From the NCBI GenBank assembly GCA_964016885.1, contig OZ024749.1:12586001-12650000 (forward strand): 64,000 nt of DNA, in the 5' to 3' direction. The DNA is from Eledone cirrhosa (taxonomy: Eukaryota). This document shows positions 11,579 through 22,440 of the stretch, piece after piece. A program made the translations under genes and the position numbers. Below the pieces are notes generated by a model. That model worked only from the letters and a program-made list of their open reading frames with translations, was not told where the DNA came from and searched no databases. Numbering within the stretch: the stretch's first letter is position 1; every line of letters begins with the position of its first letter.

Positions 11579-11830
11579 TCTATCTCTATATATATAAAAC
11601 GGAAGATGTCTGTCTGTGTGTGTGTGTATGATTTTTATGCATTTCCACATTTCTATACCGATTTCGATGATTTTTTTTCCAATGTGCTCCAAATTTACCA
11701 ACAATGGTCAACGCGTAATAAACTTTGCCAAAAATTCCCTGCTTCTATGAAAAAAAAATTGATAAAACTAAATACATGCTGTAACCCTCTCTCTTACACG
11801 CTTAATCCCTCTCACTACTATCCTAAAAAA
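11579..11830 (+). mobile_element. Non-autonomous Helitron-like 5' portion
   Basis: TCTATATATATAAAACGGAAGATGTCTGTCTGTG...CATTTCCACA...CCGATTT resembles 56499-56600. Confidence 0.55.
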
Positions 11831-12091
11831 TCTATGAAACTACATACATGTTGCAACTCTCTCTCTCTCTATATATATATATCACACATATACTTCTAAA
11901 GAGAGAAAGGGAGATGTAGAGAGAGAGTGAGATAGGGAGATGTAGAGAGAGAGAGAGAGAGTGAGATAGGTCGTTATACAGAGAGAGGTCGTTATACAGA
12001 GAGAGGTACAAGATAATCAGATAGAGAGAGAGAGGGAGGGAGAATGGCGACGAACGCTGGTTCACACACACACGCACACACATATATATAA

Positions 12092-12143
<52 letters not shown>

Positions 12144-12266
12144 TGAGATCTGTGCATTCTTTATTGTTCTCCATTCTGTAGAGGAAGAGAGAGAGAGAGG
12201 GGTGAGTGAGAGAGAAAGAGAAAGAGAGGGGTGTGAGTGAGAGAGAAAGAGAAAGAGAGGGGGTAT

Positions 12267-12321
<55 letters not shown>

Positions 12322-12353
12322 TGAGAAAAAAGGGAGAGGGGTTGAGAAACAAA

Positions 12354-12625
12354 GAAAGTTTAAGCAAAGAACCGCTGCTTTCAACATTAACGGGATCTTC
12401 TTAAACTAAAAAATTCAATCTGTGAACGCAGAATTAAATATTTCGAGAAACGTTGCAACCGAAGGAAAACAGGAAGACGATATTTTGGTTTGTGAAGACG
12501 TTCCCTAGTAATGAACGGCAAAAAAGCGAGGATAATATGTCGTTATGTGGACCGAGAAGAACAATTTCATGCAAAGACAAGACCAAGTTTATGGTGTAAA
12601 TGGAGTCGTTAGACTAATATTCTAT
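12354..12625. repeat. Dispersed repeat family E (other copies 10773-10890, 42294-42720, 63111-63387)
   Basis: Shared AAAGTTTAAGCAAAGAA.CGCTGCTTTCA...GTCGT.AGACTA sequence. Confidence 0.85.
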
Positions 12626-12715
12626 TTAAAATAACCGAATGATTTCCACCCCGGAGTTTAAGAATGATGTAAATAAAATTGTAAACGAAAATGACAGAGG
12701 TTATTAAAATAGATA

Positions 12716-12828
12716 TTTCTACTTTTTGCACAAGGCCAGCAATTATCCAGTACATTACTGGTACTTTATTTTATCGACCCCATAAGGATGAAAGGCAAAG
12801 TTAACCTTGACAGGATTTTAACTTTGCC
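12716..12828 (-). mobile_element. SINE family D, 3' half
   Basis: Reverse complement of the 3' part of 3941-4125. Confidence 0.8.
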
Positions 12829-12915
12829 TTAAAATAGTAAAAGTAAATAGTGAAGATTTAGGCCAGTACATACACATACATATACATACGCACACACAAA
12901 TACATACACACACAT

Positions 12916-13252
12916 GAAGGCACATGGCTTAGTGGTTAGAGCATTGGCCTTGCAATCGAAAGGTTGTGAGTTCAATTCTCAGACCGGGTGATGTGTTGTT
13001 TCCTTGAGCAAGACACTTTATTTCACATTGCTCCAGTTTACTCAGCTGTAGAAATGAGATGATAGGGACAGAGGTCCCTATCATTCCACTGTAAAGTGGT
13101 CGTGGAGGTGCCACGGCTAAAAAGCACCCAGCACTCACTGTAAATGAGGTTGGTGTTAGGAAGGGCATCCAGCTGTAGAAATCAAGCCACAATCAGTTCC
13201 CGTCCCACCCTTGCAAGCAGGGAAAAGCGGACGTAAAATGAAATGATGAAAT
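12916..13252 (+). mobile_element. tRNA-derived CORE-like SINE family B with RTE-A 3' tail
   Basis: A box TGGCTTAGTGG, B box GAGTTCAATTCTC, CORE-like CCTTGAGCAAGACACTT...CAGTTTACTCAGCTGTAGAAATG; last ~45 nt match the RTE-A end. Confidence 0.9.
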
Positions 13253-13274
13253 GACACACAAACACACACGGGCG

Positions 13275-13710
13275 TGCGCGTGTGTGTAAACCTTCTACAG
13301 TATTTTCACCAAACTTAAGACATAGGTTACTTATGTACTCCGGATGGTCATGGGCACTTTCATTTTTCCAGATATTGATTATAGGGCCTCCCAGCAGATA
13401 ACCCCCTTTAACCACCTCCTTGGAGTCGACTGAAGCACTGCAGTGCAATGCAACAAAACGTCATAACTTCTGGAGTTCGCAACCGATTTTCACAAAACTT
13501 GACACATGGGCTACGTTTGTTCTACAGATGTATGTGAACTCTCAGAATTGGCACATATTGAGTAGGGGACCCCTGGGGGCAGGAACCCTCTTTTGGAAAA
13601 AGCCGATGATTTTGTAAAAGTATAGTTTTCGAAGCAGCACTGAAGTATTGACATAAATGGTATACATAACTGCTATTTAATATCCGAGCAACGCCGGGTA
13701 CCTCTGCTAG
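13275..13710 (+). mobile_element. Non-autonomous Helitron, 3' portion
   Basis: Sub-terminal CCGAGCAACGCCGGG hairpin-like motif then CTAG|T at 13707-13711. Confidence 0.7.
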
Positions 13711-13910
13711 TATTACAATATTTATATTAATATATTCTTCTTACATCTAGTTAAATATTATTGATTATTTCATAATTATTAGAGTTGTTATAACATCTCG
13801 GTAACAACTTAAATATTAAAATTCAGTCTGTATAATTTCATGGTTCCTGATATAATGTTAGGTCTGCAGTAAATATCTTTCAACTTTAACCTTGTTCAAT
13901 CAATGGATTG

Positions 13911-14110
13911 AACAAAAGCACTATGTAAGATTTCAAGGTTCAATATTGACCATATCTCTAGATTGTAAGAGGGATCAAATTTCTGACCTATTCTTCAGAC
14001 ACAAGTTTGAAGATATCATTAACACTTCTTTATGAAAACAGTATGCCAAGAGGAAATATCTGGAAATATGGTCAATATAGGACCTTGAAACCTTAGGTAG
14101 TGCTTTTGTT
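13911..14110. repeat. Fold-back element with ~52-bp arms
   Basis: AACAAAAGCACTA...TTGACCATAT / ATATGGTCAA...TAGTGCTTTTGTT; spacer has a CUGAAGA..GAAA remnant on the minus strand. Confidence 0.75.
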
Positions 14111-14138
14111 CCACGTATGAACATAAATAATATAATTA

Positions 14139-14323
14139 TTTCTACTTTTGGCACAAGGCCAGCAATTATCCCAGTACATTACTGGTACTTTATTTCATCA
14201 ACCCCGTAAGGATGAAAGGCGAAGTTAACCTCGGCGGGATTTGAACTCAGACCATAAAGGGCCATAACTCTTTGCTGCAATGCATGGCGTCTGACCCTCT
14301 ACCGATACTGCCAATCCACTACC
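14139..14323 (-). mobile_element. SINE family D, full length
   Basis: Reverse complement of 3941-4125. Confidence 0.88.
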
Positions 14324-14425
14324 ATTGAACATAAATAATATAATATATCGCCTCTCATCCCTGATTAACACTGTTTTCCTTTTCCCCATTCATGGATATT
14401 TATTACACATACATACACAAGCCTT

Positions 14426-14478
<53 letters not shown>

Positions 14479-14944
14479 CAGACAGACACACATGTAACTT
14501 GTCCCTAAGTGACATATTTTTGGGAGATTTGTTTATATGTTCTGAAGAGGTTCGGATTATGATTTGCTCTCAATAACACGTGGACTTATTGATTCAAATA
14601 TTGATTGTATCTACATTTATGGATTAAATTGTGATCTTATCCTTTGAAACAATTGTAAAAAATAAAGACTTTTCAAGTACTTACTATATCTATGATATAT
14701 ATATAAGCTAATTTTAGGTTTAATCAATACTTGTTATATGTATATATATATATATATAATATATATATACATATATAAAATACTAGTTGTTTCTCAAATG
14801 ATATATCCTGTTTCTTTGTATATTTGTATATATTGAATTGTGGCTGCATAGTTATGTAGATGTATGTATGTATATGTATTTATATATTCATCTGTGCAGG
14901 TTTATATAAACTTATAGGTTTTTATTCTGAACATTTTTTGTGTT

Positions 14945-15003
<59 letters not shown>

Positions 15004-15719
15004 ATGGTGTATTTTATATAAATTGCTCTTTTAAATTTATACATGTATATATGTTTTTTTTTACAGAACATTGTAATCTATTCTGCTCAAGTACATAACT
15101 CAAAGTCATAGGAAATTTAGTTTGTTTGAGTGCCTTATTGATAATTGATGTTGTATTTTGCATTCATTTGAGTGTCCTTTTCAAAATTAACACAATATAT
15201 ATTCAAATGTAAATATTAACCATTGCGGTAAGGTTGTATACAAAATGATTCAAAGAGGTAAAATTGTTTCTTGTATTCTTTATCAATTCTGAAGAATCCA
15301 ATCTTTTTTTCATATAATTAATTAACTTATAATTGATTTGATATCTCAAGATGTGGAAGAAATGTGTGTTAATTAAAATATGATATAATTAACAGTCTTT
15401 GGTCTGCTTTTCAATGTAAATATATATTTATATAAACAAAATTAACTTGAATATCGATTTTTGAGACGCAAGTGTATCAGAATAGAGAGGAAAATGGGAT
15501 GAGTCGGCGTAAAGAAGCAGTTAAAACAGCAAAATGCTGTTGAAGTGTCGTTGGGTAAAGCATTAGCTCGAAGGATAGAAATCAGTGACAAAAAGTGAGT
15601 TGGCTCGAAGAATTGATAGAAAGGAAAAAATAGAATGGATGAGAAGAGATGACAAACATTAAAATACACTCATCAGATTTCAGACTGCCTGTACTTTCAA
15701 CATTTCAACGATATACATA

Positions 15720-16103
15720 GGCGCATGGCTTAGTGGTTAGACCATTGAGCTTGCAATCGAAAGGTTGTGAGTTCACTTCTCAGACCGGGTGATGTGTTGT
15801 TTCCTTGAGCAAGACACTTTATTTCACATTGCTCCAGTTTACTCAGCTGTAGAAATGAGATGATAGGACTGGGGTCCCTATCATTCCACTGCAAAGTGGT
15901 CGTGGAGGTGTCACGGCAAAGAAAAGCACCCAGCACTCACTGTAAATGAGGTTGGTGTTAGGAAGGGCATCCAGCTGTAGAAATCAAGCCAGAATCAGTT
16001 CCCGTATGAGCAAGACAAGGTCAACCCATAGGACACTGCCCACAACAGGACAAGTCCAATCCTAGCAAGGCAGGGAAAAGCGGACATAAAATGATGATGA
16101 TGA
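15720..16103 (+). mobile_element. SINE family B, long-tail variant
   Basis: Same head/body as 12916; extra ~60 nt after CAGTTCCCGT before the (GAT)n tail. Confidence 0.9.
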
Positions 16104-16287
16104 CGATATATATATATATATATACTGGTATTCTTAGTATCTTTCCTTCTTAATGCACCCTATAACTCCACCATCTACAGTTTCAGGAACCATTCGGATA
16201 TACTACACATCCCATCAACTTATTTCTGTATACCCTATCACTTGAGTCTATATATATATATACTTCTAGTAAATAAAATTAGTTTAG

Positions 16288-16406
16288 TGTTTTTGAGGAG
16301 GACAGGATCTTCGAGACTAGTAATGGGTAGTAATTTAACCACTAACATACTGGTCAATACATCAATCTCCACCATTCAATCGACCCTCTGAAACGATCGT
16401 AAAACA
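16288..16406 (+). ncRNA. Degenerate type-I hammerhead with ~90-nt stem II region
   Basis: UGUUU-UUGAGGA-GGA...UCU-GAAAC(GAUC)GUA-AAACA; 5-bp stem I, palindromic loop III, C3U change. Confidence 0.5.
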
Positions 16407-16471
16407 ATGAACTATCTACCTACCTACACCTGACTTCTGTTTTAATTGTTCAAACACACACACATATACAT

Positions 16472-16857
16472 ATCATCATCATCATCATCATTTTACGTCC
16501 GCTTTTCCCTGCTTGCAAGGGTGGGACGGGAACTAATTCTGGTTTGATTTCTACAGCTGGATGCCCTTCCTAACACCAACCTCATTTACAGTGTGTGCTG
16601 GGTGCTTTTTTTCCGTGGCGCCTACACATCCACTTTACAGTGTGGGCTGGGTGCTTTTTTACCGTGGTGCCCCCACGACCACTTTGCAGTGGAAAGGTAG
16701 GGACCCCAGTCCCTGTCATCTCATTTCTACAACTGAGTAAACTGGAGCAATGTGAAATAAAGTGTCTTGCTCAAGGAAACAACACATCACCCGGTCTAAG
16801 AATTGAACTCACAACCTTTCGATTGCCCAATGCCCTAACCACTAAGCCATGTGCCTC

Positions 16858-16858
<1 letters not shown>
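16472..16858 (-). mobile_element. SINE family B with RTE-A tail
   Basis: Reverse complement of the 12916 element with an internal ~45-bp duplication. Confidence 0.9.
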
Positions 16859-16901
<43 letters not shown>

Positions 16902-16997
16902 AAAGTTCTATTTAAATTGTTGGGATACAACAAGCAAATATTTTTATAACTGATATAAAGCACTCAACAATTATTTGGAGTAAACATTTGTTAATAT

Positions 16998-17039
<42 letters not shown>

Positions 17040-17194
17040 TTTAGCAATAACCAAAGAGTGCTTAGAAATACATTGTCTTATTAGCTAACAGTGTTTCATC
17101 TGTACCCTAAGGCAAATTCAGAAATGAAATATATATATATTTCTGGATTTGTTTACCAAGATTCTTTATCTGAAAACGTGTGTTGAAACCGATA

Positions 17195-17370
17195 TTGTTA
17201 TACTTTGGAAGGGTCATGTTGCCAATAAGGAACACACGCACCAATTGCTTTCACTCCAACCAGAAATTTATAAATTTTTAAATTTATAATTTAATTTATA
17301 ATACATTAGAGTGAAAGCAACTGGTGCATGTGTTTCTTATTGGCAACATGACCCTCCCAAAGTATAACAA
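17195..17370. repeat. Fold-back with 62-bp arms, same family as 6474-7085
   Basis: TTGTTATACTTTGGAAGGGTCATGTTGCCAATAAG... / ...CTTATTGGCAACATGACCCTCCCAAAGTATAACAA. Confidence 0.85.
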
Positions 17371-17521
17371 AATATACATATATATATATATATATATATG
17401 TATTCCTTTACTGTTTTCTTATGGCATAGCTATGATGTTTCAGTTAAGGGAATGTTCATTCGGACATTCAACTTGCTCAGATGAGGCATCATAGCTATGC
17501 TGTAAGCAAATTACTAAATCA

Positions 17522-17567
<46 letters not shown>

Positions 17568-17568
17568 A

Positions 17569-19390
17569 TAATGATAATGGTTACTTGCCCTCACTGATGC
17601 TGATAAGAAATTAGATTGGAAGTGTCACTACGAGAGACTACTAAATGAGGAGAATAAATGGGAAAAAGATAGTCTGCCCCAAATCGATCCAATAAGGACC
17701 AGCAGTGCAAGTTAAAGGGAGTATAATAAGTAAGGCAATCAAAGATATGAAGACAGGCAAGGCAGCTGGGCCTACAGGGATGTTGAAAGCATATGGAATA
17801 GTGGGACCCACTATGGTCACCCGGATAGTAAACCAAGTAATACAGAATGGGGTCATACCAAAAGACTGGTGTAACAGCATCATCATTAACTGCTACAAGG
17901 GTAAAGGAGATGCTCTAGATAGGGGAAACTATAGAGGCATTCAGTTAGTTGACCAGGTGATGAAGGTCACAGAAAGAGTTATAGAGCAACTACTCAGAGA
18001 GCGAATTGATCTAGATGAAATTCAGTTTGGGTTTGTGTTAGGTAAAAGTACCACAGACGCTCTTTTCCTTGTATGACAACTACAGGAGAAGTACCTAGCT
18101 AAAAATAAACCCTTCTACTTAGCTTTTGTAGACCTGGAGAAAGCCTTTGAGAGAGTCCCCACTCCATTATCTGGTGGGCTCTTAGAAAACTAGGTGTAGA
18201 TGAATGGCTTGTGAGAACTATACAAGGCATGTATAAAGAAACAGTCAGTAAGGTTAGAATTAACAATAAATATAGTGAAGAATTTAGTGTAAAAGTTGGT
18301 GTTTATCAAGGTTCTGTCCTTAGCCCCCTCCTAATCATTATTGTTGTTCAGGCTATAACAGAGGAGTTTAAGACCGGCTGCCCATGGGAACTCCTACACG
18401 CAGATGATCTAACTCTCATAGCTGAATCTATGGCTGAACTAGAGAAGAAATTCCAAACATGGAAGCATGGCCTAGATTCAAAAGGCCTTAAAGTTAACTT
18501 GTCTAAGACTAAAGTTCTAGTATGTAGAAAGGAAAATAGGGCACTGGTCCCCTCTGGGAAATGGCCATGCTCAGTGTGTAGGAAAGGAGTAGTTAGAAAT
18601 TCCATTTTATGTCCCAAATGCAAACTATAGGTACATAAAAGATGTAGTGGGATCACAGGTAAACTATCTAAGAACGTAGATTTTATATGTGGCCGATGCT
18701 CAGGTGCAATAAGTAGCAAGTGCCCACAGGATACTAGCTCCTTGTATGGCCCAGATGGTTCTATAGAAATAGTGGACACTTTCCGTTACTTGGGTGACAA
18801 AATCAGCAGTGGTGGAGGGTGCTCTGAAAGTACAGTAGCTAGAGTCAGAACGGGATGGAAAAAGTTCAGAGAGCTTATACCGCTGTTGGCCACAAAAGGT
18901 TTCTCTCAAAAAATTAAAGGCAGATTGTATGATGCCTGTATACGAACAGCAATGCTACATGGCAGTGAGACATGGGCATTGTATGCAGAGGACCTGCGCA
19001 GACTGGAAAGGAACGAAGCTTGCATGCTCCGCTGGATGTGTAATAGAGTAATATACATGAACGGCAAAACATAAATGAACTAAGTGAGAAATTAGGAATA
19101 AGAGGGATCAGATGCTGTTTACTTGAGAGAAGACTATGTTGGTATGGTCACATGATACGCATGCAAAATGACAGCTGTATAAAAAAGTGCAGGACGATCA
19201 AAATTGATGGAAGTTACGGAGTAGGTAGACCCAGAAAAACCTGGGACAACATGATAAATTCCGACCTTACACACTTACACCTCTCTAAGAAAATGTCACT
19301 GGACCGAGATCTTTGGCGCTACGCAGTAAAACAGAAGACCCGCCTTGCCTATGTATAAAGTGAAACCTACAGTTAGTAGGTACCTCCACG
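17569..19390 (+). mobile_element. Older, decayed 5'-truncated RTE subfamily B copy
   Basis: RT pieces in ORFs 17705, 18211, 18742 and 19152, broken by stops/frameshifts; YADD reads HADD; 3' UTR cut short and fused to an inverted SINE-B fragment. Confidence 0.93.
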
Positions 19391-19434
19391 ACTGTAGCAC
19401 CTCCACGACCACTTTGCAGTGGAATGATATGGAC

Positions 19435-19515
19435 ATCATCATCATCATCATGATCATGATGATCATAATGATCATGATGATGATCAACATGATGATGATG
19501 ATGATGATCATCATC

Positions 19516-19552
<37 letters not shown>

Positions 19553-19612
19553 CGATGATGATGATGATGATCATGCTGATGATGATGATGATGATGATGA
19601 TAATGATGATGA
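19435..19612. repeat. (ATC)n/(GAT)n mixed-polarity array
   Basis: Direct reading. Confidence 0.9.
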
Positions 19613-19932
19613 TGTATATATATATATATAAATATATATAATATATAAGATCAAAAGATGGTTAAAAGAGTTCTATGTATTTTATTATGCGCATTTCAAA
19701 AACAAATATCATCATGCAATAACATTTGCGTTTTCGTCAGATAAAATAGGGAGACATGATATGAAGGTCAAAAAACACTTGTGAATAGTGCAGCTTTAAA
19801 TCAACATAACTCTTTTAACCATCTTTTGATCTTATATATTATTTATACTCCAGTCCTACAAACTGTAGAGTGCTACTTATCCGATATCTGCATTGCTTTA
19901 TTGTACTACAATAAAACTCACCTCCTACATAT

Positions 19933-19997
<65 letters not shown>

Positions 19998-20146
19998 TAG
20001 AATGTTGTAGTCTGCTTGGAACATTGTGTATAGTATATAATGTATAAAGTGATATGTTTAACAGCCTAAGACAGTGTGAAATATGGTAAAATGAAGGTAA
20101 CAAAAAGTTAGTTACCTGGTATTTATTATTATCTTTTTTTTTTATC

Positions 20147-20182
20147 CTAATATTTCGAGACTTAAAAATGCCTTCGTCAGAG
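20147..20182 (-). ncRNA. Candidate minimal hammerhead
   Basis: CU-CUGACGA-AGGC(auuuuuaa)GUCUC-GAAA-UA-UU-AG, followed by AATAAA ~20 nt downstream; stem II register imperfect. Confidence 0.45.
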
Positions 20183-20376
20183 TATGGGAAACTCTCAGAG
20201 AGAAACATTCTCGTCTTATCACTTTGAAGTAACAAATATTTTTGTTACCTGCATTTTATCATCCATTTTGCATTGTTTTAGCCTTCTCAAACATACAATA
20301 TTCTACATTATATATAATGTACTTGGACCACCTTTATTTCTGTATCTCCTTTGTGATCCTGTCTCTAAATTTGTAC

Positions 20377-20408
20377 TCTTGAAGAAGGGCTAAAGCCTGA
20401 CACGTCGA
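20377..20408 (+). ncRNA. Degenerate minimal hammerhead
   Basis: UC-UUGAAGA-A-GGGC(uaaa)GCCU-GACAC-GUC-GA; two core substitutions; AATAAA at ~20445. Confidence 0.5.
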
Positions 20409-20729
20409 ACTTTCTTTCTCCCTTTTCATATAAAGCGTGAAACTAATAAAACCGGGGGTTACTTCCCTTGTCGGAAATAACACGTGACAGTGAAACACTG
20501 GGAGCTACAAATGATAGCCCTTCAGTGATCCAGTCCACACCGGCTCCAGGCATAGAACAAAATTTCCTGTTGATGACGTGAATCCTCTGTTCGATCGTGG
20601 AATACCACAGGTTTACACATTACATAAGCTGGATGGATGATTCTGGATTCATAGAAACCTATTGAACGTATTGCAAAATATCGTTTGATATGTCCAGGTC
20701 TGTTGTTTAACCTGATTAGTTTCTTCGTT

Positions 20730-21553
20730 GTTTTGGTATTGTATGGCTGGGTTTTGGTATTGTGTGGCTGGGTTTTGGTATTGTATGGCTGGGTTTTGGT
20801 ATTGTGTGGCTGGGTTTTGGTATTGTATGGCTGGGTTTTGGTATTGTGTGGCTGGGTTTTGGTATTGTATGGCTGGGTTTTGGTATTGTATGGCTGGGTT
20901 TTGGTATTGTATGGCTGGGTTTTGGTATTGTATGGCTGGGTTTTGGTATTGTGTGGCTGGGTTTTGGTATTGTGTGGCTGGGTTTTGGTATTGTATGGCT
21001 GGGTTTTGGTATTGTGTGGCTGGGTTTTGGTATTGTGTGGCTGGGTTTTGGTATTGTATGGCTGGGTTTTGGTATTGTATGGCTGGGTTTTGGTATTGTG
21101 TGGCTGGGTTTTGGTATTGTGTGGCTGGGTTTTGGTATTGTGTGGCTGGGTTTTGGTATTGTGTGGCTGGGTTTTGGTATTGTATGGCTGGGTTTTGGTA
21201 TTGTATGGCTGGGTTTTGGTATTGTGTGGCTGGGTTTTGGTATTGTGTGGCTGGGTTTTGGTATTGTGTGGCTGGGTTTTGGTATTGTGTGGCTGGGTTT
21301 TGGTATTGTATGGCTGGGTTTTGGTATTGTATGGCTGGGTTTGGTATTGTATGGCTAGGTTTTGGTATTGTATGGCTGGGTTTTGGTATTGTATGGCTGG
21401 GTTTTGGTATTGTATGGCTAGGTTTTGGTACTGTATGGCTGGGTTTTGGTATTGTATGGCTGGGTTTTGGTATTGTATGGCTGGGTTTTGGTATTGTATG
21501 GCTGGGTTTTGGTATTGTATGGCTGGGTTTTGGTATTGTATGGCTGGGTTTTG
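20730..21553. repeat. 21-bp minisatellite (GGTATTGT[A/G]TGGCTGGGTTTT)n, ~39 copies
   Basis: Direct reading; explains the heptapeptide-repeat ORFs. Confidence 0.97.
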
Positions 21554-21702
21554 CTGCCGCAATTTTCAATTTGTCAAGCTATCTAAACGTATGTTATTAC
21601 TCTAAGGCCTGCAACCTTATTGAGTGCTTTGCTACTCATTCCTAATTGTAGGTCATTAGCTTGGCCACAGCCAAAGATTCGATTTTACTAAGCATCCACT
21701 TG

Positions 21703-21806
21703 TCATCATCATCATCATCATCGTTTAACGTCCATCTTCCAAACCTGCATGGGTTTGGCCGGGAGTTTTCCCACTTGAGGCAAGAGTGGTTGTCTTGCTC
21801 GCATAG

Positions 21807-21808
<2 letters not shown>
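21703..21808 (-). mobile_element. Short 3' end of RTE-B
   Basis: (CAT)n-CGTTTAACGTCC...GCTCGCATAGGA then (TA)n. Confidence 0.85.
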
Positions 21809-21843
<35 letters not shown>

Positions 21844-22016
21844 TCTATATATATACATATATATCTATATATATACATATATCTATATATATATATACAT
21901 ATATCTATATATATATACATATATATCTATATATATACATATATCTATATATATATATATATATATATCTATATATATACATATATCTATATATATATAT
22001 ATATATATACATATGT

Positions 22017-22240
22017 GAAGGCGTGTGGCTGAGTGGTTAGAGAATTGGATTCGCAATCGTAAGGTTGTGAGTTCGATTCCTGGACCAGGCGATGCGTTAT
22101 GTCCTTGAGCAAGACACTTTATTTCACGTTGCTCCTTCTACCTGGAGTTGCGACCGATAGATAGTATTAGCAATTGGAAAGACCAGCGGAAACATTGTTC
22201 CCTCGGTCCGATTTGACGAAAGTCGATCGATTGAAAAAAA
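22017..22240 (+). mobile_element. tRNA/CORE-like SINE family C, full length, inside (TA)n
   Basis: A box TGGCTGAGTGG, B box GAGTTCGATTCC, CCTTGAGCAAGACACTT, distinct 3' part, short A tail. Confidence 0.9.
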
Positions 22241-22265
22241 ATATATACATATATATATATATATC

Positions 22266-22298
<33 letters not shown>

Positions 22299-22440
22299 CT
22301 ATATATATACATATATATAAATATCTATATATATATATCTATATCTATATATATACATATATATATCTATATATATATCTATATATATACATATACATAT
22401 ATATATATATATATATATATCTATATATATATATATATAT

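Noticed and set aside
20522-21645. ORFs with QYQNPAI / NTKTQP / WLGFGIV heptad repeats resembling repeat proteins
   Set aside because: Open in nearly all frames because the 21-bp unit lacks stops; the paralogue at 56300 has a single unit, so this is a non-coding minisatellite.
22017-22092. tRNA genes at SINE heads (also 12916, 15720, 37230)
   Set aside because: A and B boxes are present but no clean cloverleaf; each continues into a SINE body.
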